A stretch of 64,000 nt of DNA, from IMG/VR virus record IMGVR_UViG_3300022916_001241; one strand, 5' to 3'. Below, in pieces: positions 51,200-61,393 of the stretch. The DNA comes from an uncultured virus (IMG/VR IMGVR_UViG_3300022916_001241). Its lineage: Duplodnaviria > Heunggongvirae > Uroviricota > Caudoviricetes. The position numbers were made by a program, and so were the translations under genes. The stretch's first letter is position 1. Every line of letters begins with the position of its first letter. The notes under the pieces are model-generated. The model was not told the origin of the DNA. It ran no database searches and saw only the letters and a program-made list of their open reading frames with translations.

Positions 51200-52504
51200 T
51201 TAAATACATTCAATTGTATATTTTGGCGCACCCTTATTAAAAATAAACTTATCAATACAATCATTAATAGACTTGTCCCAATCAGAAATCATACTATCAA
51301 AACCAAACCTATTTTTTGCATCTTCAAAACAAAGTTCACAAAGCTTATCATAATCTTCATCAGACATGCTGTGTGCTTCGAAAATCATATCAGAAATACT
51401 ATCCCAACTCAAAAAATTATCCTCGATATATGGAACCTGATGTGTTCCCGTCAATGTTTTAACATCTGGCTCTCTAAAGATACCATAAGAATTACCATCA
51501 TCATCAACAATTTGATCTGCCATACCACCAGTTTTTTGTATAATTGATGGCACACCACAAAGTTTTGAAACTAAGATATTTAAACCAAAACCCTCTGCAC
51601 TAGATATACAAATGTTCCAATCAAAACAATTATACAAAACATTAATTTGTTCATGTGGTAACTTGTCCTTTGAAATATAAACATTATCCTTTACCCCTAA
51701 CTTTTCTATAACTGAGAGAAGTAGTGGGCCTTCTGAATCAAAGGGATCACAATGCATAACCAACAATGCGTTTTTATGACCTTCCTTTTCATATAACTTA
51801 TCCAAAAACATTTTCCAGCCCTTCAGTAGATCGCTAGGCTGTTTCCTCCTTGCATTTCTATTAACCCAGCCAACAATAAACCAATCTTTTTTATCACTAC
51901 CAAAAATCTGTTCCTTATATTTAGCCACCTTATCCTTATCAATTCTTTTATACATATCATCAGGAAATGCATGTGGAATATAGTTTGTTCTATCAGACAA
52001 CCCCATGCTATTAATAGAGTTAAAAGAAACTTTATTAATACAATTCAACAAATCACAACTCATATATAATGGCTTATTAAAATCTGGCTCTGGATAATTG
52101 TCCCAAATGTTCCAATAAGCAATAGGACAAACACTTCTTATTTCATCTTCCATTTCAAAAATATGAATAAAAAATCTTGGATCAGTAAATAAAACTACCA
52201 TATCAGGCTTTTCTGATGCTAATATCGATCTAATCTGCATTTTTGTGCCAAAATTATTTACAGGTAAAATAATAAAATCATCATTATATGGTGGAACTTT
52301 AACGGGAGTATAATCAGCATGTTTAATTGCACCACCCAGACAAATAGCTTTATACCTCTTAGTATTAAGCAACCCCCTAATAAGCAAATTTGCTTGAATA
52401 CCTACACCAGATAAGCCCCTTGGATCATCAGTAATAAATAACAACTTCTTTTTACCTACGCCATCATAAACATTGTTAAAATTAAATGCAGCATTACTAT
52501 CCAT
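51200..52504 (-). CDS. Glycosyltransferase, GT4 (GT-B)
   Basis: SGVG, VNRNARRKQ and SSAEGFGL...CGVPSI. Confidence 0.9.
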   Translation of the reverse strand: MDSNAAFNFNNVYDGVGKKKLLFITDDPRGLSGVGIQANLLIRGLLNTKRYKAICLGGAIKHADYTPVKVPPYNDDFIILPVNNFGTKMQIRSILASEKPDMVVLFTDPRFFIHIFEMEDEIRSVCPIAYWNIWDNYPEPDFNKPLYMSCDLLNCINKVSFNSINSMGLSDRTNYIPHAFPDDMYKRIDKDKVAKYKEQIFGSDKKDWFIVGWVNRNARRKQPSDLLKGWKMFLDKLYEKEGHKNALLVMHCDPFDSEGPLLLSVIEKLGVKDNVYISKDKLPHEQINVLYNCFDWNICISSAEGFGLNILVSKLCGVPSIIQKTGGMADQIVDDDGNSYGIFREPDVKTLTGTHQVPYIEDNFLSWDSISDMIFEAHSMSDEDYDKLCELCFEDAKNRFGFDSMISDWDKSINDCIDKFIFNKGAPKYTIECI

Positions 52505-52539
52505 TTAAAAAACCCTCCAAAAAATTTAAAATAAATTAA

Positions 52540-53415
52540 TTAAACATTATTACCCTTTTCTCTCCTTACCTTACCAATTCTCTCATTGGAGTTCCAGACT
52601 TCCATTAATAATTCTGGATTATACCCAACAGCCACAGCACTTTTTATAAATGCGCTCAAGTCCTTTGGTAAACATTTGCCATGCCAAGGTCTTTCATTAC
52701 CTTTAAAGACAGCCGTATGCATTTTATTAATTCTTGGATCTAACAACCAAAGTTCCCTAGCCTCATTATAATCCACATCAAAATGTTCACACATCTCATT
52801 TACTTCATAACAAAAAGCTATCTTAGTGGCATAAAAAGTGTTCTCCATATACTTAGCCACCTCAGCAGATTTTGCATCTGTCTGTTTATAAATTTTAGTG
52901 GGGCCAGTTATGGGCAAAAAATAATCAACCATCTCACTAGTAGAATCACTATCTCCACCAAAAATAAAAAATGGTGTCTCTTTTATATCTGTATGAAACT
53001 TATATTCTGACCAATAAGAAGATTCCCCACAATATTCTGGAGAAAAAACAATATTTTTATTATATTTTTCAACCAAGTAATTAGTTGTACCAACAGAAAC
53101 TGTACTTTTCAACAAAACCAATGGAGTATTAACCCAACTAACAACATCTTCGACAATAGAAATATCACATGTACCATCTTCATTCATAGGAGTAGGAACA
53201 CAAATTACAGCCAAATCACACTCATTAATCTTATCTTTACTTGCTATAACATCAATAGTTAACCCATCAGATTTATTCTGTAAAAGATAATCATATCCCT
53301 TATCCTTCCTAGAAAATTCCACATCATAAACAAAAGTTTCATAATTATCTTTAAAAAAATTATACATCGCTTTACCAACATAACCATAGCCAACAATTCC
53401 AACTTTTTTAGACAT
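52540..53415 (-). CDS. ugd: UDP-glucose/GDP-mannose dehydrogenase family protein (short form)
   Basis: GYGYVG Rossmann motif, ICVPTP, KSTV, FSPE, AEVAKYMEN, DPRI and catalytic GKCLPKD. Confidence 0.88.
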   Translation of the reverse strand: MSKKVGIVGYGYVGKAMYNFFKDNYETFVYDVEFSRKDKGYDYLLQNKSDGLTIDVIASKDKINECDLAVICVPTPMNEDGTCDISIVEDVVSWVNTPLVLLKSTVSVGTTNYLVEKYNKNIVFSPEYCGESSYWSEYKFHTDIKETPFFIFGGDSDSTSEMVDYFLPITGPTKIYKQTDAKSAEVAKYMENTFYATKIAFCYEVNEMCEHFDVDYNEARELWLLDPRINKMHTAVFKGNERPWHGKCLPKDLSAFIKSAVAVGYNPELLMEVWNSNERIGKVRREKGNNV

Positions 53416-53424
53416 TATTTATTA

Positions 53425-54129
53425 TTACCCCCCAACTAAATCATTAATAAACACAAACTCAACATCATCAGACTTATTAATGAAATTAATTAAATTATCA
53501 ACAAAAACATCAGAAAAATAATTCTTATCCCACTCACAAGCATGATACATTATTTCAAGACTGTCCTTTTTAAACAAACCAACAAATGGTGGAAAACAAT
53601 CAACATAATTAATCATGTGTTTATATTTATCCATCTCATCAAAACCACAATAAACTTTTTTATACATATCTCCACTATTTAAAGAAACTAAATCAATACC
53701 AAAGTCATAACACGCTTTAAACGATTCTGGAGAGAGTCTAAATGCTGGTGGCCTAAATATGTTTCTTACATCTATATTACACGACTTAAAATCTTTTTTA
53801 CACATAGTTAATTTACTTAAAGCTTGTTCATAATTTAAACTTTCAAACTCATCATTATTACTTTCTCCAAAAATACCATGATTCAAACCATGATAACCTA
53901 CTTCAAAATTATTCTTTGGCAAACTGTTAATTTTATCAATAAAATATTGATGATCAAATATATTATATTCTTCATTATTATGATCCATACTTCTACAATA
54001 CCTTGTAGGAATAAATAAAGTAAACTTAATATCTGGAAACGCCTCTATCAACTTAAAGCACTTATCTAAACACTTTATAGAGGAACTTGGGTGTGGGCTT
54101 ATATCATCTATACTTACATTAATCTTCAT
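53425..54129 (-). CDS. Polysaccharide deacetylase (NodB/DUF2334-like)
   Basis: SIDDISP, HGLNH and FRPPAF motifs. Confidence 0.8.
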   Translation of the reverse strand: MKINVSIDDISPHPSSSIKCLDKCFKLIEAFPDIKFTLFIPTRYCRSMDHNNEEYNIFDHQYFIDKINSLPKNNFEVGYHGLNHGIFGESNNDEFESLNYEQALSKLTMCKKDFKSCNIDVRNIFRPPAFRLSPESFKACYDFGIDLVSLNSGDMYKKVYCGFDEMDKYKHMINYVDCFPPFVGLFKKDSLEIMYHACEWDKNYFSDVFVDNLINFINKSDDVEFVFINDLVGG

Positions 54130-55081
54130 TGAAACTAGAAATTACCTCTAAATAATTATCAACTACATTATCAACATTATTATTATATAACAAAACTTTA
54201 TTTTTATAAAACAAAAAATTATTAATAACATCTTTTAATTTATTTAAAAAATCATAAAAATTATCATACTCTATTCCACCATAATTACTACAATAATCTT
54301 TTATACTTCCGCCGCCTGTCTTATACATAACTGGAAGTCCGCAAGCTTGCGCTTCTAAAACATGATTAGCCCCTGCTTCTTCTTCAGATGCCGTTACATA
54401 CAAATCATATTTAGGTAAGCATATAGATAATTGACCACTATCTAATGGGCTAATATAATTATTAAAAATAATATTTTCTGGCTTCCTGCCAATATATGTG
54501 AAGTCAACATTTATACCGAAAAAATCATGACACTCATTACTATTAAAGAAATTATTAATTTGCTTATAAAAAGAAAACCCCTTCCTAACATTATCAGACC
54601 AATGATGTGTAACCAATTTTATAATATCATCAGAGGCAAAACAATCCTTAACATTTCTATTATCAAAATATAAATTATCAGCACCATTATCAATAACAAT
54701 TGAATTTTTAGAATCAACGCTAAACACATTGTAATTAAAATAATTTTTTGCCCAATTGCTAGGAAAAATAAAACAATCAGTGTCAACACACCCCTTCAAC
54801 ATATTAATAATCTCAGGCTTACCATGTGTACCAAGATCACCAACTCGTTGAAATATTTTTACACTTTTTTTTGTGCGCTTATAAGATGCTAAATGGCCAT
54901 AGTGAATTCCAAATTCGCTCTGTCTAGGGTCCAAACAAAATATGGTAGTACATGTATCAGTCATACTAAAAATCGGTTGTAAGCCAAATTTATAGCATTT
55001 TTTTACAAATGCATTTAAAAATATATTACCACCACCCCATGGACCATTTTTTGGCACCCTATTGATGTAAATCTCTCTCAA
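54119..55081 (-). CDS. Glycosyltransferase, GT4 (GT-B)
   Basis: WGGG, RKG and ASEEEAGANHVLEAQACGLPV. Confidence 0.88.
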   Translation of the reverse strand: MREIYINRVPKNGPWGGGNIFLNAFVKKCYKFGLQPIFSMTDTCTTIFCLDPRQSEFGIHYGHLASYKRTKKSVKIFQRVGDLGTHGKPEIINMLKGCVDTDCFIFPSNWAKNYFNYNVFSVDSKNSIVIDNGADNLYFDNRNVKDCFASDDIIKLVTHHWSDNVRKGFSFYKQINNFFNSNECHDFFGINVDFTYIGRKPENIIFNNYISPLDSGQLSICLPKYDLYVTASEEEAGANHVLEAQACGLPVMYKTGGGSIKDYCSNYGGIEYDNFYDFLNKLKDVINNFLFYKNKVLLYNNNVDNVVDNYLEVISSFNED

Positions 55082-55138
55082 AACTTAAAAACCATTTTCA
55101 ACAAAATTAAAATTAGACATTAACCCACTCCCTATAAC

Positions 55139-55846
55139 TTAAGGCTTATTATGAACAAGAACTTGCCCATAATTTATTTCATCATCAGATAATTTTCTAT
55201 CATCAATAAAAATTCTTCTATCACCTATAATATAATCCATTTTATATTCATCACAATTATCAATATTGTCTACGACATCCCTAACACCAAAGCCATCTTT
55301 ATGCCCTTCAATATAGTCATCAAACAAAACAAATTTATTAAAATGACTTTTAGACCACTCCCAATCCTTATTTACAGATAAATAATCATGTGCTGCATCT
55401 ATATAAACCAAATCAAAACTTTCCTCTATGTTACTTAAAACATTGTTAGTCAACCCCCTAATAAACTCAGTATTCTTATACCATTCAGCCGAAAAATTCT
55501 TAAGCAATGCATTTAAATAATCTTCTGAAATATCTGCATCAATAGTTACAATCTTGCCATCGATACCTTCATCACAAAAAGCCTTCCCAGCACATAAAGT
55601 AGTATATCCTCTACCTGTACCTAACTCTATAAAACTCTTTAACTTAAACTTTCTTATTAAATAATAAACTAAAATACCTCTTTCATAATTTGGCCTAAAA
55701 AACTTTCCAAGTTTATAATGCTCTGAGTTTGGCCCCCTTGGTTTTCTAGCAGCTAGCTCACCAATTGCATCGAAGTCACCCAAAACAATACTATCTACAC
55801 TTACCCCAAGCTCACCTAACAACTCTCTTATATTAATCTTTCTCAT
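55139..55846 (-). CDS. Class I SAM-dependent methyltransferase (Methyltransf_24-like)
   Basis: FIELGTGRG, FDLVYIDAAHDY and VLFDDY. Confidence 0.88.
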   Translation of the reverse strand: MRKINIRELLGELGVSVDSIVLGDFDAIGELAARKPRGPNSEHYKLGKFFRPNYERGILVYYLIRKFKLKSFIELGTGRGYTTLCAGKAFCDEGIDGKIVTIDADISEDYLNALLKNFSAEWYKNTEFIRGLTNNVLSNIEESFDLVYIDAAHDYLSVNKDWEWSKSHFNKFVLFDDYIEGHKDGFGVRDVVDNIDNCDEYKMDYIIGDRRIFIDDRKLSDDEINYGQVLVHNKP

Positions 55847-55863
55847 ATCTACTCCTTAATACA

Positions 55864-56832
55864 TTAAAAGTTAAACAAAAAATCAAACTTACTCAAATAT
55901 TTTCCAACAAAATACTCTTTTGATTTAAAAAAATTATCAACTTTATCATAAGAGTTGATATTATTTAAAAACATATTACAAAAACTATCAACAACATTAT
56001 TGTCAATACTACATATATACTTTTTAGGTAAAAAACTGTTCGTAACACCAACATCTGTTGATAACACATTAGTCTTTGTAGCCACACATTCTGGAATAGC
56101 TTGTGGGCCACCTTCATACCTGCTAGTAACAAAGTACCAATCTAAACAATTATAAAGCTCATTAATAACATTAATGCTAGGTCTTTCTATATATGTATAA
56201 TTAATATTATATAGCTTTAGCTTATCAATAACATAATTCCTTCTCCAGCCAGATAACAACACATGTATATTGCTAATCTCATATTCATACTTAATTTTAT
56301 TCAACACGTCAACAAAAATATCTGGCCCTTTCTCCATTTTAGGGCTTCTTAAATCAATACCCTCAGTGTCTCTCTGGAAACTACCTATAACAATATCACC
56401 ACCATTAACATCAATACCATGCTTGTTTAATAAACTATTTTTACATTTCATTGGGAAGAATATATTGTTATTTATCCACCATGGTAAGCTTATTACTTTT
56501 TTATTTGTTAGCCCCTGTATTTGTTGGGCAGTTCTATCTGATGGAACATGATATACATCTGTAATAAAATCCCTAGACACAAAATCACTTTTTTTACTAT
56601 AACCAAACTTTTCTGGAACAATATGATGCACCGTTGTAATTACTTTCTTACCTTTCAATATATTAAATGGTATTTGATTCCAACACCAGCTAGCTAATAA
56701 CCAAATAACGTCTGCTTCTACAGGATTGCTAACAATATTATAAACACCTTTGTCACAAAACCTTTTAAATTCATCACAAAGCCGATCACAAACCCAATCT
56801 TCTCTAGCTGGCAATATAAAGACTTTAATCAT
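55864..56832 (-). CDS. Glycosyltransferase, GT4 (GT-B)
   Basis: EKGPD and VTSRYEGGPQAIPECVA...STDVG. Confidence 0.88.
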   Translation of the reverse strand: MIKVFILPAREDWVCDRLCDEFKRFCDKGVYNIVSNPVEADVIWLLASWCWNQIPFNILKGKKVITTVHHIVPEKFGYSKKSDFVSRDFITDVYHVPSDRTAQQIQGLTNKKVISLPWWINNNIFFPMKCKNSLLNKHGIDVNGGDIVIGSFQRDTEGIDLRSPKMEKGPDIFVDVLNKIKYEYEISNIHVLLSGWRRNYVIDKLKLYNINYTYIERPSINVINELYNCLDWYFVTSRYEGGPQAIPECVATKTNVLSTDVGVTNSFLPKKYICSIDNNVVDSFCNMFLNNINSYDKVDNFFKSKEYFVGKYLSKFDFLFNF

Positions 56833-56838
56833 TGTTCA

Positions 56839-57804
56839 CTATTCTCCATCATCAATTGTTTTTTTAAAAAAATTAACATACTTGTTTGCAACACTACTTA
56901 TATTAAGCTTATTGTAAGCCATATTATTATCAAACCTACTCTTACAATCAACATTCAAAAATTTTTCAACCATACTATCAATATTTAAAGTTGGTGGATT
57001 ATACAAATTATGTGGTTTAAAGTCCCAAACAAAATCATTATAAACAACACCAAAATCATTAACTAATTCTTTTGTGCCGCCAGAATTCGTACAAATAACT
57101 GGGCAACAATTTGCTATGGCCTCGACAACAACATTTGGACAATGATCTAACCACGCTAAGTGAACCATAAAATCAGAACCTCTATAGACATTAGTAATAA
57201 AGTCTTTATTTTGCTTGCCACACATTACAATGTCATCACGACCACTATATTGATTAATATCAAAACCACAGTTGCTAACATCACCAATAACAATTAATTT
57301 TGAGCAACCATCTGAAGCTTTTATGTAAAACTCAATAATATCACCCAACCTCTTATGAGGCCTCCAATCTGAACAACAACAAAATGTTTTACCACTACTC
57401 CTTATGTTCTTCTCACCAACAACATCAAAAACATCACCGTTATTAATAACACAACAATTGTTTTTTACACCAAAATATTCAAATGTTAATTTTTTATTAA
57501 ACTCAGATTGAAAAATAACCCCATCAGACCTGCCATATGTATCAACGATTGGCTTGTTCATATTTTTCCAATCTTGAATAGAGTTAAACCAAATGCCATC
57601 AAGCCTCAATACTAATTTAGCTTCACTACAAATATTATTTTTAGCATACCCATAATCACTTATAAAAGACAATAAAATATCATACTTATCTCTAACACCA
57701 ACAACTTTAACACCTAATTTATTAAATTCGCTTGCCAACTTATTAGCAAATGAATTAGGGCCAGAACTACTATTAAAATCTACATTAAAAAAACAAACTT
57801 TCAA
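56839..57804 (-). CDS. Glycosyltransferase, GT4 (GT-B)
   Basis: SGPNSF, IFQSEF, HKRL and DHCPNVVVEAIANCCPVICTNSGGTKEL. Confidence 0.88.
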   Translation of the reverse strand: MKVCFFNVDFNSSSGPNSFANKLASEFNKLGVKVVGVRDKYDILLSFISDYGYAKNNICSEAKLVLRLDGIWFNSIQDWKNMNKPIVDTYGRSDGVIFQSEFNKKLTFEYFGVKNNCCVINNGDVFDVVGEKNIRSSGKTFCCCSDWRPHKRLGDIIEFYIKASDGCSKLIVIGDVSNCGFDINQYSGRDDIVMCGKQNKDFITNVYRGSDFMVHLAWLDHCPNVVVEAIANCCPVICTNSGGTKELVNDFGVVYNDFVWDFKPHNLYNPPTLNIDSMVEKFLNVDCKSRFDNNMAYNKLNISSVANKYVNFFKKTIDDGE

Positions 57805-57813
57805 TTTAGGCCT

Positions 57814-58545
57814 CTACTTTACCAAAAATAAAAATATATACAATTGTGGGCTTTCTGGCCAAAGCATTAAAAAATCCAAAAAACAAAAAGCAAACTTATT
57901 TTTTATATAACTATAATCTAAACAATTTGTCTCATTTAAGACAACATCATTAATACTCTTGTTAAAATAATAATCATTTACATCTTTAACACATTCAAAA
58001 AAATCATTAACAACTCTATTTTCACAAAAATGATTATTCCAAACAACTGACCACAAATGTTGTTTTTTATTATTATAAACAGAGTGTTCATGAGCGTGTG
58101 TATATAAATCACGATCCCTGTTTAAAAACCAACCAACCTTATAATTATCAAATCTCCAATGATCGCCAAGCCCAAAATCAACAATAAAAACACCACCATT
58201 ATTTAGCCTATCATAACAGGAATCAACAAAGTATTTTAAATCATTACTAAAGTATGCCACCCTAGAGCAAACAATTAAATCATATTTTTTTTCACCAAAA
58301 TAAAATAAATTTTTACTAGACTTATCATTTATATCAAAATTATATAACTGTATATCAAAATAGTCAAACTTACAATTACTATTACATATTTTTTTTATAA
58401 CATTAAATAAATAATTGTTGTCATTAACAAAACCAACAAAAGCAACATTTTTAAAATCTTTTATATTTTTTATGCCTAACTCAAAAATTTTACTTTCATA
58501 ATATTTTCTTAAAACAGTATCACTTTTTCCCATATTAAACACCAA
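57814..58545 (-). CDS. Putative class I SAM methyltransferase
   Basis: KYDLIVCSRV...DRLNNGGVFIVD post-motif pattern; motif I is degenerate. Confidence 0.6.
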   Translation of the reverse strand: MVFNMGKSDTVLRKYYESKIFELGIKNIKDFKNVAFVGFVNDNNYLFNVIKKICNSNCKFDYFDIQLYNFDINDKSSKNLFYFGEKKYDLIVCSRVAYFSNDLKYFVDSCYDRLNNGGVFIVDFGLGDHWRFDNYKVGWFLNRDRDLYTHAHEHSVYNNKKQHLWSVVWNNHFCENRVVNDFFECVKDVNDYYFNKSINDVVLNETNCLDYSYIKNKFAFCFLDFLMLWPESPQLYIFLFLVK

Positions 58546-58550
58546 AAAAA

Positions 58551-59363
58551 TTAATTATAGTCTTTTAAATCAGCACCATTAAAACCACTTTGCGCCCTGA
58601 TATCATCATAACAAAAATGATTGCTTAAAGGCAATATCCAACTAGAGTCACAATTAAAAACAATTTCATTGCCATCGTTATAAAATAAAGTAAATACATC
58701 TAACTTTTTATAATCAGAACATTGACAAACTAAATCTTCAATCATATTCTTTTTAATATTTTTTGAAACATAATCATAAATTAAAGCCGCCTGATTTTTT
58801 AAAAAAAACGTTCCAGGCAACGTATAAAAATTTCTTTTATTTTTAAAAGCAATAACATTGTTAGTCTTATAAAAAATGTCATTTAATAAAAATGGATTCT
58901 CATAACTAAACTCCTCCTTCTTTTCTTTTTTTGCACAAGCTAAATGTAATACTGACATATCATTATATAAATGATAAAAATCATTAAAAACAATTTTATT
59001 TATTATCCTATGATCATCATCAAAAAATACACAATATTTTGACTTACTATTTAAAAACCTTTTAAGCAATAACAAACAAGATTTATTAACACCCAGCCTT
59101 TCATTACAACAAAACATATCAACATTAGAGTTTTCTGAGCTTAGCTCCTTCTTATAAATATTGACAATATCAAAAACATTGCCAGTCCCATTACTTCTTT
59201 TATAATTATCTACATTAATAAACACATCAAAAATAAAATCTTTATTACAATTAATAATATTTTTAAAAATTGTTTTTGCTGTTATTGAAATTAAATCTGC
59301 ATCAATTATAGCTGGTATGCACAGACAAACCCTCTTGCTATTTTTATCACCAACACTGATCAC
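58551..59363 (-). CDS. Putative GT-A fold (GT2-like) glycosyltransferase
   Basis: VCLCIPA N-terminal strand, RLGVN and YCVFFDDD (DxD-type). GGAGGTG RBS before a GTG start. Confidence 0.55.
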   Translation of the reverse strand: MISVGDKNSKRVCLCIPAIIDADLISITAKTIFKNIINCNKDFIFDVFINVDNYKRSNGTGNVFDIVNIYKKELSSENSNVDMFCCNERLGVNKSCLLLLKRFLNSKSKYCVFFDDDHRIINKIVFNDFYHLYNDMSVLHLACAKKEKKEEFSYENPFLLNDIFYKTNNVIAFKNKRNFYTLPGTFFLKNQAALIYDYVSKNIKKNMIEDLVCQCSDYKKLDVFTLFYNDGNEIVFNCDSSWILPLSNHFCYDDIRAQSGFNGADLKDYN

Positions 59364-59466
59364 TTAACACCTCCATGTTAATATTAGAACAATTTGTTTT
59401 TTCATATAAAAATCGCATTATCACTTTTTATTTCTAAAACTAAACAACAATAACAATTAAACTTTA

Positions 59467-60600
59467 TTAGTTTAAAAGCTTCTTTATTATATCACAAAGT
59501 AAATCAACTGACTTTAACTTAGGATCATATAAAAACTTAGATTTATGTTCCATATATTCCATATCCTTACCATAATCAAAAGATATATTATTAATAAAAT
59601 CTTCTAATTCAGATAATTTACAACTATCACCAACCCAAGAAAAATTATTACCCCAAAAACTATTTCCAAGCCCACCAAACAACAAATTATTTTCTAAGTC
59701 ATCAACATCTATATATATAAATGGCTTATTAAATAAACCAAACTCAATGCCAGAACTAGTTTGATACCCAATACCACTTGAACAATACTTATAACACCAG
59801 TATGTATCAAAAGGCTCTAACACTGCCACATCATCTCTATCACAAAAAACCTCATAAGACCATTTACCACCAAGGCGATCTGCCTTATGCCGTTTATATT
59901 CCATAGGATGTAATTTAACAATAATATTATCTAAATTACAAACTTTATTATAAGCTTCTTGAGCCTTACTATGTTGACACTGTACTCCATCAGGCATCCA
60001 TATAAAAAAAGGCTTGTTTTTATTTAAATTATATTTACAACAAAATTCGTCATAACTTAAATTATATGGTAAACAATCTGACACATGATCCCATACTAAA
60101 CAATTAGAATGTATAACATTTTTAACATTAATGTCCTTATCTTTAAACACTTCATTTTGTAACTCACATATTAACAAACATATGTCAGCCCCATGATAAT
60201 AAAAATCAACAAATTGTTCACTTATTTGTATGGTTTTTGCCCCCTTAGCTTTAGCAATTTTAAGATCAACATTACCCTGAGACTTATCGGAACCAAATAT
60301 ACAAACTTTATAATCAATATATTTAAAAACATTTAAAGTTAAATTATAATCGCTAAAAATAACATTACATAAATCACAACTGTCAAACTCTTTAAGTAGA
60401 GATGAGTTAATACCAAAATTAGTAGAAGTATTTAAAATCAACAATGAATTACAAAATTTATTAAACATTTTATTTAAATTTAAATATTTATTAACATGAT
60501 AAACATTTGGATTATAAATATGAATTAAAACATCAAAATTAACATTATTATCTTTAAGGTACTGCAAATTATCATAATCCATAACAATGCCATTTAACAT
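59467..60600 (-). CDS. Putative GT-B transferase with HP motif (sialyl/Kdo/CDP-glycerophosphate-transferase-like)
   Basis: IIVKLHPME and TSSGIEFGLFNKPFIYI resemble the HP and S(S/T)xxxE motifs of these GT-B families. Confidence 0.55.
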   Translation of the reverse strand: MLNGIVMDYDNLQYLKDNNVNFDVLIHIYNPNVYHVNKYLNLNKMFNKFCNSLLILNTSTNFGINSSLLKEFDSCDLCNVIFSDYNLTLNVFKYIDYKVCIFGSDKSQGNVDLKIAKAKGAKTIQISEQFVDFYYHGADICLLICELQNEVFKDKDINVKNVIHSNCLVWDHVSDCLPYNLSYDEFCCKYNLNKNKPFFIWMPDGVQCQHSKAQEAYNKVCNLDNIIVKLHPMEYKRHKADRLGGKWSYEVFCDRDDVAVLEPFDTYWCYKYCSSGIGYQTSSGIEFGLFNKPFIYIDVDDLENNLLFGGLGNSFWGNNFSWVGDSCKLSELEDFINNISFDYGKDMEYMEHKSKFLYDPKLKSVDLLCDIIKKLLN

Positions 60601-60620
60601 AATTAAAAACTCCTTAACTA

Positions 60621-60986
60621 TTAATTAATTGGAACTCCACACACAGTTGCTCCATCGGGAACATTTTTATTTACAAAAGAATGAGCACCAATAATACAAT
60701 TTTCACCAATTTTTATTCCTGGCATAATTGTTGAATGTGCCCCTATTTTACTATTTTTTCCAATAAAAACCAGACCAACCTTGTTATCAATAGTTGAAAT
60801 ACTATATATAGAACAATGAGAACCAATCTTAACATTATCACATATTTTGACACCATTTTTACAATTAATATATGTAAATGCACCTATATCTACATTGTTG
60901 CCTAAAATAAAACTTTCTGGATATTGAACCACCCAGTTCCATTCAGTTAACTTATTATGTTCAATCTTTGGTTTTTCCCAATCCAT
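60621..60986 (-). CDS. Hexapeptide-repeat (left-handed beta-helix) O-acetyltransferase
   Basis: LGNNVDIG, ICDNVKIG, IGKNSKIG, IGENCIIGAHSFV and VCGVP. Confidence 0.9.
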   Translation of the reverse strand: MDWEKPKIEHNKLTEWNWVVQYPESFILGNNVDIGAFTYINCKNGVKICDNVKIGSHCSIYSISTIDNKVGLVFIGKNSKIGAHSTIMPGIKIGENCIIGAHSFVNKNVPDGATVCGVPIN

Positions 60987-61332
60987 TTTTCCCTATAAAA
61001 CAATCAAAAACTTTTGCAAACTGTTCAAACATTTCAAATTTAACATGATAACCATCATCACTTTTATCATCACACATAAAATCATTGTAACACATAATAT
61101 CATGATTAATAAAATTATAATTTATTAATTCCTTTTCAAAGTCAAAAAAATAAATATTACTATTATCATTACAAAAGATCTCCAAAGCATCATTATATTT
61201 ATTTATACAATCACTAGCTAAAAAATGCCTATTTTGTTCATGCCAACTATGAGGTTTTAATATTGACATAATAATAAAATTATTAACAAAACAATTGTTG
61301 TTAGATATGAAATTTTTCAAATTATTAATATA
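60961..61332 (-). pseudogene. 5'-truncated tandem duplicate of the C-terminal half of 61394..62143
   Basis: Aligns with the paralog C-terminus (SILKPHSWHEQNRHFLASDCINKYND identical). Homology extends upstream of the TTG to two in-frame TAA codons at 61333-61338. It lacks the N-terminal SDS motif. Confidence 0.6.
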
Positions 61333-61393
61333 TTATTACATAAAATAAAACCCCAATAGTAAATAGTTTAAAAAACACCTTTATCATACTTTA

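Noticed and set aside
59364..59405. Micro-ORF MKKQIVLILTWRC abutting the GT-A-like gene
   Set aside because: It has no RBS of its own, and its GGAGGTG is simply the RBS of the downstream GTG start. Likely chance.
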